A stretch of 64,000 nt of DNA, taken from positions 72,783 to 136,782 of the forward strand of contig CAYHCG010000003.1 of NCBI GenBank assembly GCA_964355135.1, given 5' to 3'. Source of the stretch: Candidatus Woesearchaeota archaeon. Lineage in GTDB: Archaea; Nanobdellota; Nanobdellia; Pacearchaeales; GW2011-AR1. The notes below the pieces were generated by a model that was not told the origin of the DNA, searched no databases, and saw only the letters and a list, made by a program, of their open reading frames with translations. The position numbers were made by a program, and so were the translations under genes. Below are positions 61,805 to 64,000 of this stretch, piece by piece; within the stretch, counting starts at the first letter, position 1, and each line of letters starts with the position of its first letter.

Positions 61805-64000
61805 TCAAGGGCAATTATTGATATATTGCATTAAAGTGTTTGAAAAAACCGCAATGTCGGTTTGCCCTTCGTAATACTGTTGAGTTAATGTAAAAAGATC
61901 CACTCCTCCGACATCTTCGCATGTCGCAATAGTATAATTCACAATTAGCATAGGTTTATTTTCATTAGAGTTGCCTGAATAAAATCCAGGTTCAAATTTC
62001 GTTGGCTGCCCGTTATTAGGAGTACTTGCAAATAAGTCATATCCTGTTCTTAATCCAAACGTACTAAATCCATTTCCGTTTATATTGTTTAATCCGTTTT
62101 GATTTAGTGAAAAGATCACTTTATCACTTCCATCATCCCAACGCTCGCTAAAATCGTACCCTTCACTTAATTCTGCCGGAGTATTAAGAGAACTGAATTG
62201 ATCAAAATCCCCAGAACTCAAAGTTGGAGGATTTGCTAAACTAACCGGTACCAGAGTAATAAAGTCATTTGAATCTGGATGAGTATTAGCGTCTCTTGAA
62301 GATCTCTTCTTTAAATGTAATTCCGCAGAATCTAATGTCGCACCATCCGGAATTGAGATAGTATTAAAGGAAATCGCAGTTCTAGTTATCAAGTATGGAT
62401 AAACATTATTGCTATAAAGGGAAAGAAAATAATGACCTTTTGTAATATCATTAAGAGCGCCTTGACTGCTTCCTCTAACTCCGCTCCAAGATCCTCCGCT
62501 TGCAACAATAGATCCATCGCTCGCGTCTGCGTCAAATATTGCAGTACATGAATTTTCTCCATTAAACCTATGTCCTTGTCCACAAATAAAATCACTGCAT
62601 TGAGAAATATCGAAATAGCAACTATTGCAGTTTAAAGATCCTGATCTATATCCAATACTCTGACAAGTTTGTCCATTAAAGTTATTGCCGTCACATTCTT
62701 CGCCAATATTAATATTATTATTTCCACAATGGGGCATTCCAATTTTCACTTCAGCATATTCATCATTAATATTGATTAATGTGATAAAAACGTCATTTGC
62801 TGGGTCATTAATTAATAATTCGCTTCCCCCATCATAAAATGTCTCACCAACTTTTAACACACTATCCAAATTGTCCTGCCCAACAAAGCCAGTAAGCGGA
62901 TGAGTGTCTATGAGTTGAGTGTCGCCAGTATTAGAATAAACATCAGTATGAATAAAAACCCCACCGTACAAATCGTCCTCATAATAATCTATGATCTCTT
63001 GGTCAAATCCAATTGGTCTCCTATACTCAACATAATAATTATCATTGGTGCCAGGAATCGGAATCTGTAGTGACTTTATTCCACCAGTTGCTTCAAGAGG
63101 TTCAATGTGATGCGTGCCTTGACTTGCCTGCAATATATTGGATTCATCAAGCCAGCCCGCAACTCTTTTATGATGTGCATTGTAATGCCCCCTCAAGGTA
63201 GGCCACCCCATAACGTCAAAAGTAGTCATAGAAATTAAAGAATTGCAAGTATTTCCCGAAGAGAAGTTCCCGCAATCCCAATAATTTGCATGCCAAAGTC
63301 CAAAGTTATGGCCCAACTCATGTTCGATGCTACCGTCATCTATTCTATCAACTCCGTTTATTTTAATGATGGATAAAGAAATTATTCCATCAGGGGTTTG
63401 AACATTTGGTACCAAGCCTAGACTCCCGCTCGATCCACAATTAGGGTTGGACGGAAAGACAAAAATCAGCCGCTGATACTGTGTAAAATCAACTTCAAGG
63501 TTAGCCAAACTTAACGCTTCATTAAAAGCTGGACTATCACGATCAGCAACACCACACAATTGTAATAATGAAACCTCCAGAGTATACCATCCGTGCACAC
63601 TCCCATTCAGCCAAGTCTGACCATAAGAGACTTCTCTTACCCAACTATTTACTGCAGTTTCATTGCTTTCGTTGAAAATGCGATTCCAAACTTCTTCTTT
63701 AGACATAGGCTGAATTGGATTTTCTATGCTATTAACGAGAATTACTAAAACTTTCTGCTCTCCTAAATTGTCTTGTACAGAAGCAACATTGCCTTGCTCA
63801 AGAATTACTAATTCGTCAACAATAATTTCGCCCTCTCCAGAGATAGTATTTCCCAACACCCCATTTACTTCTATAGACCTTCCAGAAATTAAATTAGACT
63901 CCTCAAATAAATTTAACCTATACCTCGCCCCTTCAGGAGTTATCAAAAAATAAACATTTTCGCTCGTTCCATCAGTATTATGGTAATGGAAGACTTCACT
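61805..64000 (-). CDS. secreted M11-like metzincin with DNRLRE-like sandwich and tail; 5' end beyond the window
   Basis: HELGHNFGLWH, NYYVEYRRPIGFD, tail LTQQYYEGQTDIAVFSNTLMQYINNCP. The frame stays open to position 64000, so the TTG at 63946 is not the real start. Confidence 0.8.
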   Translation of the reverse strand, partial: SEVFHYHNTDGTSENVYFLITPEGARYRLNLFEESNLISGRSIEVNGVLGNTISGEGEIIVDELVILEQGNVASVQDNLGEQKVLVILVNSIENPIQPMSKEEVWNRIFNESNETAVNSWVREVSYGQTWLNGSVHGWYTLEVSLLQLCGVADRDSPAFNEALSLANLEVDFTQYQRLIFVFPSNPNCGSSGSLGLVPNVQTPDGIISLSIIKINGVDRIDDGSIEHELGHNFGLWHANYWDCGNFSSGNTCNSLISMTTFDVMGWPTLRGHYNAHHKRVAGWLDESNILQASQGTHHIEPLEATGGIKSLQIPIPGTNDNYYVEYRRPIGFDQEIIDYYEDDLYGGVFIHTDVYSNTGDTQLIDTHPLTGFVGQDNLDSVLKVGETFYDGGSELLINDPANDVFITLININDEYAEVKIGMPHCGNNNINIGEECDGNNFNGQTCQSIGYRSGSLNCNSCYFDISQCSDFICGQGHRFNGENSCTAIFDADASDGSIVASGGSWSGVRGSSQGALNDITKGHYFLSLYSNNVYPYLITRTAISFNTISIPDGATLDSAELHLKKRSSRDANTHPDSNDFITLVPVSLANPPTLSSGDFDQFSSLNTPAELSEGYDFSERWDDGSDKVIFSLNQNGLNNINGNGFSTFGLRTGYDLFASTPNNGQPTKFEPGFYSGNSNENKPMLIVNYTIATCEDVGGVDLFTLTQQYYEGQTDIAVFSNTLMQYINNCP

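Noticed and set aside
63944-63946. TTG start for the last gene, as in the ORF track.
   Set aside because: The frame is open for the 18 codons up to the window edge (SEVFHYHNTDGTSENVYF). That peptide aligns with the pre-catalytic region of the paralogs, so the gene is 5'-truncated by the window.

Overview
AT-rich archaeal chromosome segment. The archaeal assignment rests on aIF2-gamma, aIF5B, ribosomal protein S6e, a circularly permuted GTPase, and a recurring TATA-N20-ATG leaderless promoter layout. Gene content suggests a small-genome, DPANN-type episymbiont, but that is inference. Left part (1-28 kb): housekeeping and accessory genes. These include cysS, dus, infB, rps6e, ABC and MFS transporters, a mazEF pair, and an SNF2 ATPase coupled to a multi-zinc-ribbon partner. 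It also holds a possible cyclodipeptide-synthase-like gene, a two-gene cassette inserted at the 3' end of infB between 15-bp direct repeats, and four copies of a nested palindromic MITE-like element. Right part (28-64 kb, interrupted only by aIF2-gamma): a secretome island. It encodes 11 secreted, Cys-rich, mostly very large proteins totalling about 9,500 aa. Five are paralogous M11 (gametolysin)-like metzincins. The others are a beta-helix/LamG protein, an FG-GAP propeller, a 2235-aa array of InlB-B-repeat-like modules, a TM-anchored Cys-rich protein, a protein ending in a Hint (intein/hedgehog-type) autoprocessing domain, and a small lipoprotein. Six of them end in the same ~40-aa EF-hand/dockerin-like tail. 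An adhesin / AAA+ (DUF4143-type) ATPase / protease module is duplicated in tandem, with a 51-nt identical promoter junction. Paralog 3' ends are mosaics of one another. An 810-aa protein with clear bacterial sigma-70 region 2 and region 4 motifs sits inside the island. I regard this island as the candidate novel system. All functional calls come from motif reading by eye; no searches were run.
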